A stretch of 64,000 nt of DNA from an uncultured delta proteobacterium (GCA_963769935.1 CAVYNY010000011.1:256001-320000), one strand, 5' to 3'; shown: positions 21,120 to 31,038, counted from the stretch's first letter. The notes: generated from the letters alone by a model not told the origin. A program made the numbers and translations.

Positions 21120-22079
21120 CTACTTTTTATTTGGATATACATTGTAAAAAGCCTCGACCACCTTTTGCGGATGGATAGCTGCCAGGCACTGCGAATCATT
21201 GCAATTGGCCTGATCGGTTTCAAAACACGGGCGGCATTCCAGCGCGGGGCGCACGATCCTTACGACCCGGCCGATCGGTGTCCAGCGGGCGGGGTCGGCC
21301 GGCCCGAATATGACCGTTGTCGGCAGGCCTAAGTAGGCTGCCAGATGGCTGGCGCCGGAATCGTTGCCGATGTACCCGCCGGCGGATTCGAGCAAAACCG
21401 CCAGTTCCGGAAGATCCTGCGGTGTGTGTACCAACCGGTGCGGGTGCTGCAGTTCAGCCGCCAGACTTTCTTCCGCCGGACCCAGGACGAATTCCGGCTT
21501 CAATCCATCATTTTTCAGCATGGTTTCCACCAGAAGGAAATTGGAAACCGGCCAGCGTTTGCGGATGCTGCCGGCGCCGGGATGCAGCAATATCTTGCGA
21601 AAATTTTGCGGGCGGTCCTTGTGAACCGGCAGCGGTACGTCATCCAGCGTTGCATCCGTGTCTTTTATCAGACCGCAGCCGTAAATCTTATCCAGTATGA
21701 ATTGCGCCACATGGATGCACTCATGGACCGGCGGTCTGGGTGGAATCCGGCAAACGGGTTTTTCCGTTACCTGGTTGAGGGATTGTTCGAGTTGACCGGA
21801 TAGTGAAAATAATACGATTTCCCCATACGGCTTCAGCAGAGCCTTTATTTTCGGATCAATTTGATGGGTGAAAAGCGAAGCCCAGCAAGCGGCTTCCAGC
21901 GGATGCCAATTTTCAGCAAGTCCCAGGGCCTTGGCCAGCTTTCCCTGCCCGCTCTGACAGAGCACATCAATAAACCGATAATAGGCTTGCAGCCGGAGGA
22001 TCGCCGGAAATGTCAGGATGAAATCCCCGATGGCACCCTGGTGGACGATGAGAAGCTTTGTATCCGCTATATTCAGCAT
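21120..22079 (-). CDS. Glycosyltransferase family 9 (heptosyltransferase-like)
   Basis: GAIGD, HPGAG..KRWP, GNDSGASHLAA, IFGP. Confidence 0.88.
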   Translation of the reverse strand: MLNIADTKLLIVHQGAIGDFILTFPAILRLQAYYRFIDVLCQSGQGKLAKALGLAENWHPLEAACWASLFTHQIDPKIKALLKPYGEIVLFSLSGQLEQSLNQVTEKPVCRIPPRPPVHECIHVAQFILDKIYGCGLIKDTDATLDDVPLPVHKDRPQNFRKILLHPGAGSIRKRWPVSNFLLVETMLKNDGLKPEFVLGPAEESLAAELQHPHRLVHTPQDLPELAVLLESAGGYIGNDSGASHLAAYLGLPTTVIFGPADPARWTPIGRVVRIVRPALECRPCFETDQANCNDSQCLAAIHPQKVVEAFYNVYPNKK

Positions 22080-22266
22080 TCCATTTTTCCACCCCTCCAA
22101 AGGCGGATCTTCGACATTCCATTATTTTATGGGTTCTCTGAGAATTCGATTGGCAATTTTAATCCGCTTTTGTCGTTTGTCAACGGATTGTGCAAAGCTT
22201 TCTCAAATGCCAGCGTTGCGTAAATTCTATTTTTGCATCTGCAGGCCAAATTGAGCATGAGTCGCT

Positions 22267-22449
22267 TCATTGAGCGGCAATACCATAATCTTCGATGTAT
22301 CTGGAGAACCGTTCATGGATTTGATCGGCATCGAGTCCAAACTGAGGCCGATCAAATCCAGGCTTCAATCCCCGCGCGAGGCCGTTTAGCCACCGGACCG
22401 GCAGGGGTGCATGTATCCCGCCGAAAGTAATTTGCCTTTTAGCGGTCAT
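22267..22449 (-). pseudogene. Possible internally deleted remnant (C-terminus resembles sulfotransferase-family tails)
   Basis: 60-aa ORF ending FGLDADQIHERFSRYIEDYGI; resemblance is from memory only. Confidence 0.3.
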
Positions 22450-22526
22450 ATCGCTATTTTTCAGGGTCGAGTAATTAATTTAGCCTCAGCGTCCCCGGCG
22501 CCTCGGCGGAGAATTATTTCAGTTCG

Positions 22527-23465
22527 TTAGCCGGCTGATGACGCAACGCTCCTTTCTTTTAAGGTGTCGGCAACTTCCAGGGCCTGGTTCCACGTCGGGA
22601 CCCCCTGACGGCCGCCGTATTCCCGGCAGGACAACGAGGCTACCGCCACCGAAAACCTTACGGCCCGATGCAGGTCAAAGCCTCTGGTCAGGGCCAGGGC
22701 AAAGGCCGCGTGAAAATTATCGCCGGCCCCCACGGTATCGACGACCAGCACCTGCGGGGCAGCCACATGTTGGAGGGTGTCGTCGGTGATATAGTAAGCC
22801 CCGTCTTCACCGTGGGTCACGATCAGGCTGCCGGCCACCATTTCCTTTAATTTCATGATCCTTTGATTAAAGGGAACGTCTTCAAAACCCAGCTCAGCGG
22901 CTGCCAGAAATTCGGAGGACGGGATGAAATAGTCGGCCGTTTGCATGATATCTTCGATGCCCGCCCGCCACCTTTCGCAATCGTAAACGACTTGGGCGTC
23001 ACTTCCCGCAAGCTTTTTTAATTGCCCGCCCAGGTAGGTGGCCTCCGGGTCCAGCAGTACCACACCGGACTGCCGGACCAGTTCTTCGATCAGGGGGCCT
23101 ACTTTTATCTGTGGTAAGGAATTGCGTTCATAAATAATGCTGCGGGCACCGCTGCCGGCGGTAATAAATACATACGCCACCGGTGTTTTGCCGCCCTTGA
23201 CGATTTCAACAAATTCCGTGGTTACGCCGAAGTCCGCCAGGCGCTTTAAGCATAATTTGCCTTCATCATCATCGCCGAGTTTGCCCACATAGGCAACCTT
23301 GCCGCCTAAGCGCGATATGCAGCAGGAGGCCGTGCCTCCCTGGCCGCCGCCCTCGGTCAGGCGAAACTCCAGCGGCAGTTTTTGATTCTCCTGCGGAAAT
23401 CGATTCAGCACGGCAATCATATCGAGACAGCTGCGGCCGATGACCAGTACGTCGAAATTGTTCAT
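22527..23465 (-). CDS. PfkB-family carbohydrate kinase
   Basis: N-terminal GGG motif and DTVGAGDNF signature. Confidence 0.9.
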   Translation of the reverse strand: MNNFDVLVIGRSCLDMIAVLNRFPQENQKLPLEFRLTEGGGQGGTASCCISRLGGKVAYVGKLGDDDEGKLCLKRLADFGVTTEFVEIVKGGKTPVAYVFITAGSGARSIIYERNSLPQIKVGPLIEELVRQSGVVLLDPEATYLGGQLKKLAGSDAQVVYDCERWRAGIEDIMQTADYFIPSSEFLAAAELGFEDVPFNQRIMKLKEMVAGSLIVTHGEDGAYYITDDTLQHVAAPQVLVVDTVGAGDNFHAAFALALTRGFDLHRAVRFSVAVASLSCREYGGRQGVPTWNQALEVADTLKERSVASSAG

Positions 23466-23610
23466 GTTTGAAAACCGTTAATTTGTAAATTTGCCATCAG
23501 GCGACCTCCTGAGAAGCATTTCATGGGAAATTAATGTTTTTTCATAAATATATCAAGTGCGCCCGAGGCATACGTTTTAATGAACTCCAGATACGACCGG
23601 GATACGAAAT

Positions 23611-23638
23611 AAAAAAGCAGGACCATTTCTGGTCCTGC
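23611..23638 (-). terminator. Intrinsic terminator after the PEP-CTERM remnant
   Basis: GCAGGACCA/TGGTCCTGC stem followed by a T-run on the minus strand. Confidence 0.65.
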
Positions 23639-23665
23639 CATATCCTTTAATAATTTTAATTTTTT

Positions 23666-24037
23666 TTATTTCTTAAATTTTTTTCTGCAAAGTCCCGCAA
23701 GTCCAATAAGTCCGGTACCTAAAAGCATCAGCGTTGCAGGTTCGGGAACCGGCGCAACTCTGGCTCTAAAGATGAAATCCTGGTAATCCTTGTCACTGGC
23801 GGACAAATTTAGATCTTCAAAACCAATAATATACTCGTTTGAGAATTCGAGCACTTTATAAACAACAGCTTGAGAGAGCAGGGAGTTCCCAGTAAACATA
23901 CGAGACTGCGAGGCGCCATTGGGATCAAGGTAAAACCCGAATGTTATTGGCCCGCTGAATGGCGTATCAGCTTCAGCTCCTGCTGAAGATGCACCCGCAT
24001 AAATTTCTTTGTAGTCAGAACTGTTTGTATCATACCA
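23666..24037 (-). pseudogene. 5'-truncated PEP-CTERM sorting-domain protein (DUF4114-like GFED..D.DY.D domain)
   Basis: VPEPATLMLLGTGLIGLAG-RKKFKK tail; frame open upstream to 24037 then TGA; no signal peptide. Confidence 0.75.
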
Positions 24038-24219
24038 TCAATATTTTTATTTAAAAAATCGAGTATAAAAAAGAGTATAAAAAAATAGTAATATTTTTGG
24101 GAAAAATTTTTCCTAGGGGTGGAAAGCTGCTGGTAAAGCAAATGCAGGAATATAGTTTAACCGGGGTGCGTGCGTAATTGATCTTTTTTAGTTCCCCGAT
24201 GAATCGGCATTTCCGTTTT

Positions 24220-25059
24220 TCACCCCACCCGGTCGGTCCGGGTGATGTTAAATACGCTATATTTGCCGCTCAGGGGACATTTGAATTCCAGGGCAGTTGC
24301 GGTAAGCTGCATACCTTCAGTGTTTTTATTGCCTTCACCATAAAGCGGATCGCCCATTACCGGGAAGCCGATCATTTCAAAATGGCGGCGGATCTGGTGC
24401 TTGCGGCCGGTGCGGATAATCACATCGACCATGGTGGTGTTGGACGTCGGATCATAATCACCGGCCGTATACTCGGTTTCGGCAGATTTGCCGTCCAGCG
24501 GTATTTGAATTGTATCCTTGGTTTTTTTTTGAGCAAGGTCTCCGAGGACCTGCGCCTGGTAGTGTTTGACGATGGATCGATTCTGAAACAGGCGCGACAG
24601 TTTGCCGGCCGCCCCTTTATCATGGGCCACCAGCACGATGCCGGCTGCTTCCCGATCCAGTCGGTGAACTGGAAAAACCTGGCGTTTGTTTTTGAAAAAA
24701 AGCTCCGCCGCACGCAGCAGCGCGCAGTGATCCCCGTAGGCGGTGCCCTGGGTCATCAGGCCGGCCGGCTTGAACCACACACTGTAGCGCCTTCGATCGC
24801 TGATGCACTCCGCCGCCGGAGGCATTAACGCCAGCAGTTTTTCATCATAATAAAACGCGAGGCGATCCCCCCGCTTTATAACCGTGGTTGCCCGCCGGAT
24901 TCGATATTGTTTGCCGTGCGTCCGCTTGAGCCAGACCGCCCCCTTGTTCATGGCATCCTTAATTCGGATCTTGGAAATTCCGCTGTGCCTGGCCAGAAAT
25001 TCAACGGCCGTTTCAGGATCATCCGGCCCCACGGTTTTTTTGAGTGAAAATTTTTGCAA
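24220..25059 (-). CDS. RluA-family pseudouridine synthase
   Basis: KPAG, VHRLD, TGRKHQIR, GDPLYG; TTG start approximate. Confidence 0.9.
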   Translation of the reverse strand: MQKFSLKKTVGPDDPETAVEFLARHSGISKIRIKDAMNKGAVWLKRTHGKQYRIRRATTVIKRGDRLAFYYDEKLLALMPPAAECISDRRRYSVWFKPAGLMTQGTAYGDHCALLRAAELFFKNKRQVFPVHRLDREAAGIVLVAHDKGAAGKLSRLFQNRSIVKHYQAQVLGDLAQKKTKDTIQIPLDGKSAETEYTAGDYDPTSNTTMVDVIIRTGRKHQIRRHFEMIGFPVMGDPLYGEGNKNTEGMQLTATALEFKCPLSGKYSVFNITRTDRVG

Positions 25060-25060
25060 G

Positions 25061-26494
25061 TTACTGTTCGATCTCCGGCAGCGCTGCCAGTACATTGGCG
25101 ATAAACTCATTTGAATTCCAGGACTTGCGATGGGAGGTAGCGCCAAATCGAACCAGCACGAGCTTTTTGGAGGGTATTATGATAACTTTTTGCTCCTGAA
25201 ATCCGAGGGCTGCAAACGCATCCTGCGGCGCGCCGGGCCATCTTCGATCCCCAGGATCCGAGGGCGATCCGGCGTTCAACCAAAAAAGAGCGCCGTACTC
25301 CCCCCGGGGGGCCTGCGGCGTGGGCGTGGTGGAATATCTCACCCAGCCCTGCGGGAGAATCCTCTCCCCCTGCCAGACGCCGTCCTGAAGGTACAGCTGA
25401 CCAAATCTGGCCCAGTCCCGCGGGGTTGCAAATGTGTAAGACGAGCCTACAAAGGTACCGGATGAGTCCGGTTCCATAACCGCGCTGTACATGCCTATCG
25501 GGTAAAATAATTTGGTGCGCATAAAAGTATAATACTGCGGGTAGCGCTTTTCAGCGGTCTGCCGGACGATACGGGCAATAATATTGGCCGTGCCGCTGGA
25601 ATAATTCCATTTGGCGTCGGGTTTTGCTTCCAGTGGTTTGCCGGCGGCATAGGCCGCAAAATCATAGCTTTCGTATAACATGCGCGTCGTGTCGTCAGGC
25701 GGCAGGTAGCGCTCTTCGAATTCAAGCCCGGAGCTCATGCGCAGCAGTTGATCGAGGGTGATTTCCCGACGGGGATCGCCTGCCTGTTGCCATTCTGCTA
25801 CCGGGGCCGGCGCCTTGATGTCCAGCTGCCCGTTTTTTACTTGGATTCCGATCAGCGCATTGGTCACACTTTTGCTCATCGACCAACCCAGCAGCGGCAT
25901 ATCTTTATCAAAGCCGGGGGCGTATCGTTCGGCGGCCAGCCGTCCGTCATATACCACGATGACGGCCCGCGTTTTTCTCGGATGAGCAGGTCCCGGTTCG
26001 GCAAAGGCGGCATCCAGGGCTTTTTGCAATTTAGCGGGGTCAATGCCCAGGGAGGCGGGATCCACCGGCCCCCGGCTGCCTGCGGGCCAAGGTAAATCAT
26101 CCCGGCGAGCGGGTTGGACATCATCGGCGGCCTGTTTGTAAAAAGTTTGTCGGCGCATTTTTTCCTGGGTGGCCCCGATAACCAGGGAACACCCGCAGCC
26201 GTCACGGTAGATAGCCGTTGCGGTGAAAAGGCCGAAATAATCTGCGCTGACGGATTTTTGTTCGCGGTTCACCGTCCACTCAACAGGTTTAAGCAATGGA
26301 TTCAGCGGGGCAACATCCTCCGGATACACGATATCCGGATTGCGCTTCGATATGAAGGTGCTGGAGCAAAGGTACTTCGCGGTATAACCTGCCCCGACGG
26401 GCAGCGCTTGGCTTAAAAACCAGGCAAACGCGCCAAGAGCCACGATCAGAATGCCTCCGATACCGAGCAGAACTATTTTCAACCAGCGCTTCAT
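25061..26494 (-). CDS. Serine hydrolase, beta-lactamase class C-like, with N-terminal membrane anchor
   Basis: SMSK (SxxK), LLRMSSGL, WNYSSG. Confidence 0.88.
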   Translation of the reverse strand: MKRWLKIVLLGIGGILIVALGAFAWFLSQALPVGAGYTAKYLCSSTFISKRNPDIVYPEDVAPLNPLLKPVEWTVNREQKSVSADYFGLFTATAIYRDGCGCSLVIGATQEKMRRQTFYKQAADDVQPARRDDLPWPAGSRGPVDPASLGIDPAKLQKALDAAFAEPGPAHPRKTRAVIVVYDGRLAAERYAPGFDKDMPLLGWSMSKSVTNALIGIQVKNGQLDIKAPAPVAEWQQAGDPRREITLDQLLRMSSGLEFEERYLPPDDTTRMLYESYDFAAYAAGKPLEAKPDAKWNYSSGTANIIARIVRQTAEKRYPQYYTFMRTKLFYPIGMYSAVMEPDSSGTFVGSSYTFATPRDWARFGQLYLQDGVWQGERILPQGWVRYSTTPTPQAPRGEYGALFWLNAGSPSDPGDRRWPGAPQDAFAALGFQEQKVIIIPSKKLVLVRFGATSHRKSWNSNEFIANVLAALPEIEQ

Positions 26495-27036
26495 GATGGC
26501 CTCCTTTAATTTAAGGATAGAATGACCGGGTAATATAGAAGAACAACCAATGGATGTCAAAGGGCATATTGTACCCTATAATCTCATAAAATGTTGCATT
26601 TGAGCTAGGCTGTTCCAACGAAGACCATTGGCATTATGGATTGATCCTGGCCTTCGGCTCGTAGAGCCTACGCCTCGGAGAGATATTGGTTTCCAGTCTT
26701 CGCCCTTTCAGAGCTTCGGCCCGGCAAGCTGGATACTGGATGTTTCCTGGATCTCATTCCGGGTGCATTCCTGAATATCCAACCAAAAAGCGACAAATAC
26801 CGCCATGCTCCTGAGGGACAGGCCTCTTTCCCGTCCCAAAAAATCTGCCATCCGCCATTCGCAATCTGCAATCGAAACGTTTTCTTATTGACAATTTTCC
26901 ATCCATAAGCCATAAGGAAACAAGTTCATGATTTAGGTGGTTTCCATCACCCTCATCTTATAAATCCTCTCGAGGAATCCAAGCCGGACGGCAAATAATA
27001 TTCCTTGATAGAACCAGAGGAGCCACGGACCTTGGC

Positions 27037-27065
27037 GGCAGAGTCAGTAGTGACTCTGCCTTTTT
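27037..27065 (+). terminator. Intrinsic terminator upstream of the cold-shock gene
   Basis: Perfect 10-bp stem GGCAGAGTCA/TGACTCTGCC followed by TTTTT. Confidence 0.7.
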
Positions 27066-27227
27066 AATTGGGAACCGCATAAATCGTTTCGCCCATGTGT
27101 CTGCGGTGTTCGGCAGGTTTCGCCTTATGCGGCGGTTTTAAATTCAAGAAGCATTGCGCAAATAGGCGGGTAAACAGGACGCTGGGCACCATTCATTCTA
27201 TAACAAATGTTAGAAGGAGTTTTTGAT

Positions 27228-27431
27228 ATGCCGGAAGGTACAGTAAAGTGGTTTAATAAGAAAAAAAATTACGGATTTATCGCATCCGAAGATCAGGAAG
27301 AAGTTTTCTTTCATGGCTCCCAAATTGTCGACCATGGTTTTTTTGGTTTGACCAACAATGATAAGGTTAGCTTTGAAATCAAAGAAACCCAAAACGGGCG
27401 CCAGGCGGTTAAGGTAAAGGTGACCAGTTAA
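27228..27431 (+). CDS. Cold-shock domain protein
   Basis: GTVKWFN..KNYGFI, VFFH; AAGGAG RBS. Confidence 0.92.
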   Translation: MPEGTVKWFNKKKNYGFIASEDQEEVFFHGSQIVDHGFFGLTNNDKVSFEIKETQNGRQAVKVKVTS

Positions 27432-28075
27432 TTTTTTTTCATCAACAGCTGTTTGATTTTTTTAACGCCGTCGCCGGCGTCTTGGGCGCAAGCGTCGGCG
27501 CCGATGCGGTCGGCCCAGCGTTTAGTGACCGGGGCGCCGCCCACAATCGTTTTATACTTTTCTTTCAGGCCTGATTTTTTCAGCTCTTCTTCAAGCTCCT
27601 TTTGAACCACCATGGTTGTGGTCAACAGCGTGCTGCTGCCGATGATGTCGGCCTTGAATTTTTCCGCTTCTTCGATAAAACGCGCAATGGGAACATCGCG
27701 GCCCAGGTCCAGCACATCGAAGCCGTTGGCCCGCAGCAGGGCTACAACAATCGTTTTGCCGATGTCATGCATGTCGCCCTCGACGGTTCCGATGACGATT
27801 CGGCCGGCGGCGGTTTCGTGCCCCAGCGGAATGGCCGCGTTAATGATGGCGGTTGCTTTTTCCATGGCCGCCGCCGATTTTACCAGGCCCGGGATAAACA
27901 GCTTGCCGGCCCCGAAAAGATCACCGACCCGGTTGATTCCGGGGATAAATCCGTTGGCCATTAAATCCAAAGGGTCGATGTTTGCATCCAACCCCCGCCT
28001 GGCAGCCTCGGCTGCCTTTTCAACATCGCCCTGTAAAATTGCTTCAATTGCCGCCGAATATATTTTTTCTGTCAT
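27428..28075 (-). CDS. mtbC: Methylamine corrinoid protein (cognate of MtbB)
   Basis: B12 cap domain plus GTVEGDMHDIGK (DxHxxG), DLGRDVP, VGGAP; directly downstream of mtbB. Confidence 0.88.
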   Translation of the reverse strand: MTEKIYSAAIEAILQGDVEKAAEAARRGLDANIDPLDLMANGFIPGINRVGDLFGAGKLFIPGLVKSAAAMEKATAIINAAIPLGHETAAGRIVIGTVEGDMHDIGKTIVVALLRANGFDVLDLGRDVPIARFIEEAEKFKADIIGSSTLLTTTMVVQKELEEELKKSGLKEKYKTIVGGAPVTKRWADRIGADACAQDAGDGVKKIKQLLMKKN

Positions 28076-28130
28076 ATGCGCATCCGCTTTGTCTGAAAAT
28101 TGTCTGAAAAGTAATTTTCTCCTGAACCGT

Positions 28131-29534
28131 TCAACCTATGTCCGATTTGAACAATTCAACCGAATTAATCCTCACATCCAGCAGCTCCGCAACCTTGAGC
28201 TTGGCCCGCATGCCTTTCGGACTGCCGGCCACAGAGGTGATGATGCCGATTCCCAGGTCCTCCCTGACCTGTCGCATGACTTCCTCGTTGGTCAGGTCCG
28301 AAATTTCAACTGCCAGTTTTTTTGCCGCATACTGCTTTGCTTCGGCCAATTTCATTTTTTTGATCAGCTGCAGCCAGGCCACCAGATCTCCGGAGGTCCG
28401 GATGCCGCCCATGCCGGAAGCAAAAATATGCGCCAGGTGCATCCCGAAAGGATCGCCGACGCCAATCTACAAACCGTCGGCTTTGCCGATCTGTACCAGC
28501 GATTTCGATGCCCGGGTGACGCTGTCGATCGGCGGTGCTTCCAGCATCGGCACCCCGCCGACGCCCATGCCGACGTTTACATGCACCGGTATATCGACCG
28601 CCGCCACGGCCGCTTTGACGAATGTCAGGCTGCGGGCGATGTTCCAGGCCGTGGACTGATTCGTGTTGGTGCCGACGGCCACCCCGAAGATGCTGGCACC
28701 GGCGGCTTCGGCCATGCGGGCCTGGTCGTGGGGGTACATTCCGGCCAGCTGCCGGCCGTTAAAGGTCATCTCGCCGTGCATCCCCAGAACAAATTCGCCC
28801 GCACCGCCCAGAATGATCGGCATGTCCGGCGCCGCTTTTCTCAAATCACCGACGGCTTGCAGCGCTGCTAAAAAATCGGCATCGCCCGCCGAACCGGCCG
28901 TATCGAAGTTGAGGCCCTCACAGCCGATGCGATCAAGTTTTTTGCCGACGAAAACCAGATCCTGGCGCAGCTGGGCGGCGGCGGCCTCCTGGACCTCCTG
29001 GGCTTCTTTGATTTTGCCCCCGGCCAGAAGATCGGCCGGATTTTGGTGGGGACCGTCCGGTTGAAAATATAATCCCATGTTGGGCTGGGCCCCGTACAAA
29101 AACGGAGCTGTGGTCATCATGGAAATCGTGTAGTACTCATTCATCTCGGAATTGACGATGGGTTTAACCGGTTTGAAGCTGTAATCGCTGTGGCCCATGG
29201 AGGTCGTATCCGCCGCACAGGCCCGCTCATAGGTCAGGATCGCCTGCATGCGGCTCATGGATACGCCGACACCGCCGCTGTCCTGCCCGGAATAAAAACT
29301 CATCGAGCAACCGTCATCCGTGACAATCACCTCCCGACCGGGTTCGACACTGACGGCCCGGGACGGCTCGGCCAGGATATCAAAGAGTGCTTCCATCTCG
29401 TCGGGGGTGAGTTCGGGAATTTCAGCACGCTGCGCCGCTTCCCGGCTGGCGGCCTGAATATCTTCCTTAACCTCTTCGGATGCCATCAAAACCCGCTCGC
29501 CGTCACCCATCCGGATTATAATTTTATCCTTCAT
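28131..29534 (-). CDS. mtbB: Dimethylamine:corrinoid methyltransferase with pyrrolysine at an in-frame TAG (codon 356, nt 28467-28469); 467 aa
   Basis: ORFs 28467-29582 and 28131-28442 are in one frame joined across TAG: ...GKADGL-O-IGVGDPFGM...ASGMGGIRTSGDLVA; RMGDG, DYSFKPVKP, NFDT motifs match recalled archaeal MtbB. Confidence 0.95.
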
Positions 29535-29672
29535 TGGCAGATTCTCCCGTTTTTCCAATATTCCAACGTTCCACCACTCCAATAAGATTGCCTGGTAAAA
29601 CGCTTTCTAACAAAGGGGTATCTGAAAATCAATACCAACCTTGATTTGACGACAATTTAAACAATGCCGGGG

Positions 29673-29700
29673 TTGACATACCCGCTATGGAAAAGGTAAT
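29673..29700 (+). promoter_or_regulatory. Putative sigma-70 promoter of pylT
   Basis: TTGACA at 29673 with GGTAAT at 29695-29700, upstream of the tRNA. Confidence 0.45.
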
Positions 29701-29723
29701 TAGAGAGCACTTCAAGACTCAGC

Positions 29724-29797
29724 GGGGGGTGGATCGATAGGAGATCGCGTGGACTCTAAATTCACGTAGCTCGGTGCGACACCGTGACCTCCCGCCA
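29724..29797 (+). tRNA. pylT: tRNA-Pyl (anticodon CUA)
   Basis: Acceptor GGGGGGT/ACCTCCC, single G8 connector, D stem GATC/GATC, 6-bp anticodon stem CGTGGA/TTCACG with loop CTCTAAA, 3-nt variable loop TAG, T loop without TTC, discriminator G and encoded CCA. Confidence 0.96.
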
Positions 29798-30036
29798 CTG
29801 TTGGTTCTTGACAACACGTCCTCATATAGGGTGTTGAAGTTATGACATTTATGCAAAAACTTTTTCCACCACGAAAACACGAAATTTATCTTATCCTCTT
29901 TTCGTGTTTTCGTCCTTTCGTGCTTTCGTGATTAATTTGTCTTTATTAGTTCCGGCTAGTCCGGGGAGGTATTAAAAATGGATTTCATCCTTTTCATCAA
30001 ATAACCAATAACCGTTTGTTCAACCGGGGGATAATT

Positions 30037-30879
30037 TTGCAAACAACCTGGACCGCAATCCAGCATGCCCGCCTGATAGAACTAGCCGCCGATGAATGCG
30101 AGCTCAATATGCAATTTGACGGCGCGGCCGGGCGTGACAAGGCTTTTCAACAATTGGAAAGGCAGCGGGTTAAGATACAACGACAGAAGCTCCAGCAATT
30201 GCGCGCTGGTTATCGGCGGCCCGGACTGTGCCGGCTTGAAAGCCGCCTGACGGAAGTCCTGGTCCAAAACAATTTCGTGCAGGTGGCCACACCGACCATA
30301 CTTTCCAAAGGACTGTTGGCCAGAATGTCAATTGATGACGACCATCCGTTGGCCTCACAAATATTCTGGCTGGACAAGGACCGATGTCTGCGGCCGATGC
30401 TCGCGCCGCACCTCTATTATGTTTTAAAAGACCTTTTAAGGCTGTGGGAGAAGCCGGTGCGCATATTTGAGATCGGATCATGCTTTCGCAAGGAATCTCA
30501 GGGTGCCCGGCATTCCAACGAATTTACCATGCTCAATCTGGTAGAGATGGGCCTTGCCGAGCAAAAACGGCAGGCCAGGCTTGAAGAAATGGCAGCCCTG
30601 ATAACAGCGGCCGCCGGTGTGGATGATTATATTATTCAAGCGGAAAGTTCCGCAGTTTACGGTGAGACCATTGACATTCTGGCCGGTGAGAAGCGGTTGG
30701 AAATCGGGTCTGCCGCCATGGGGCCGCATGTCCTCGATCAGGCCTGGCAAATCACGGATGCCTGGGTGGGCATCGGTTTTGGACTCGAGCGCCTGCTGAT
30801 GGCGGCGGAAAAGAGCGACAGTCTGGGGAAAATGGGCCGAAGCCTGGCCTATCTTGATGGTATTCGGCTGAATATTTAA
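30037..30879 (+). CDS. pylSc: Pyrrolysyl-tRNA synthetase, catalytic subunit
   Basis: FVQVATP, CLRPMLAP, IFEIGSCFRKES, EFTMLNL, AMGPH, GFGLERLL, YLDGIRLN; TTG start at 30037 (or 30016). Confidence 0.96.
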   Translation: MQTTWTAIQHARLIELAADECELNMQFDGAAGRDKAFQQLERQRVKIQRQKLQQLRAGYRRPGLCRLESRLTEVLVQNNFVQVATPTILSKGLLARMSIDDDHPLASQIFWLDKDRCLRPMLAPHLYYVLKDLLRLWEKPVRIFEIGSCFRKESQGARHSNEFTMLNLVEMGLAEQKRQARLEEMAALITAAAGVDDYIIQAESSAVYGETIDILAGEKRLEIGSAAMGPHVLDQAWQITDAWVGIGFGLERLLMAAEKSDSLGKMGRSLAYLDGIRLNI

Positions 30880-31038
30880 TCGTTCATGGTTCATAGTTGA
30901 TAGGCTGAGGGCATTGAAGTTCGCAGGTTATAGCTCATAGCTGATAATCGGAAGGTATTGGCGCTCATAGCTCACAGCTCATAGTCTTAGCTGAATCGAT
31001 TTAAAAAGAAAAAACTTAAAAAATGCGCAGCATAAATT

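Noticed and set aside
24130..24146. Sigma-54-like CTGGTAAAGCAAATGCA
   Set aside because: Two deviations from consensus, and it points away from the PEP-CTERM remnant into the 3' end of the rluA-like gene
26928..26963. Micro-ORF ATG-ATT-TAG-GTG...TAA as an amber-sensing leader peptide
   Set aside because: Its putative SD overlaps the predicted -10 box and would not be transcribed; it precedes csp, not the pyl genes
27612..28871. 419-aa + strand ORF over mtbBC, and similar long ORFs at 40398-41963, 45402-46502, 52066-53304 and 55330-56352
   Set aside because: Antisense or alternate-frame shadows of GC-rich genes with no recognisable motifs
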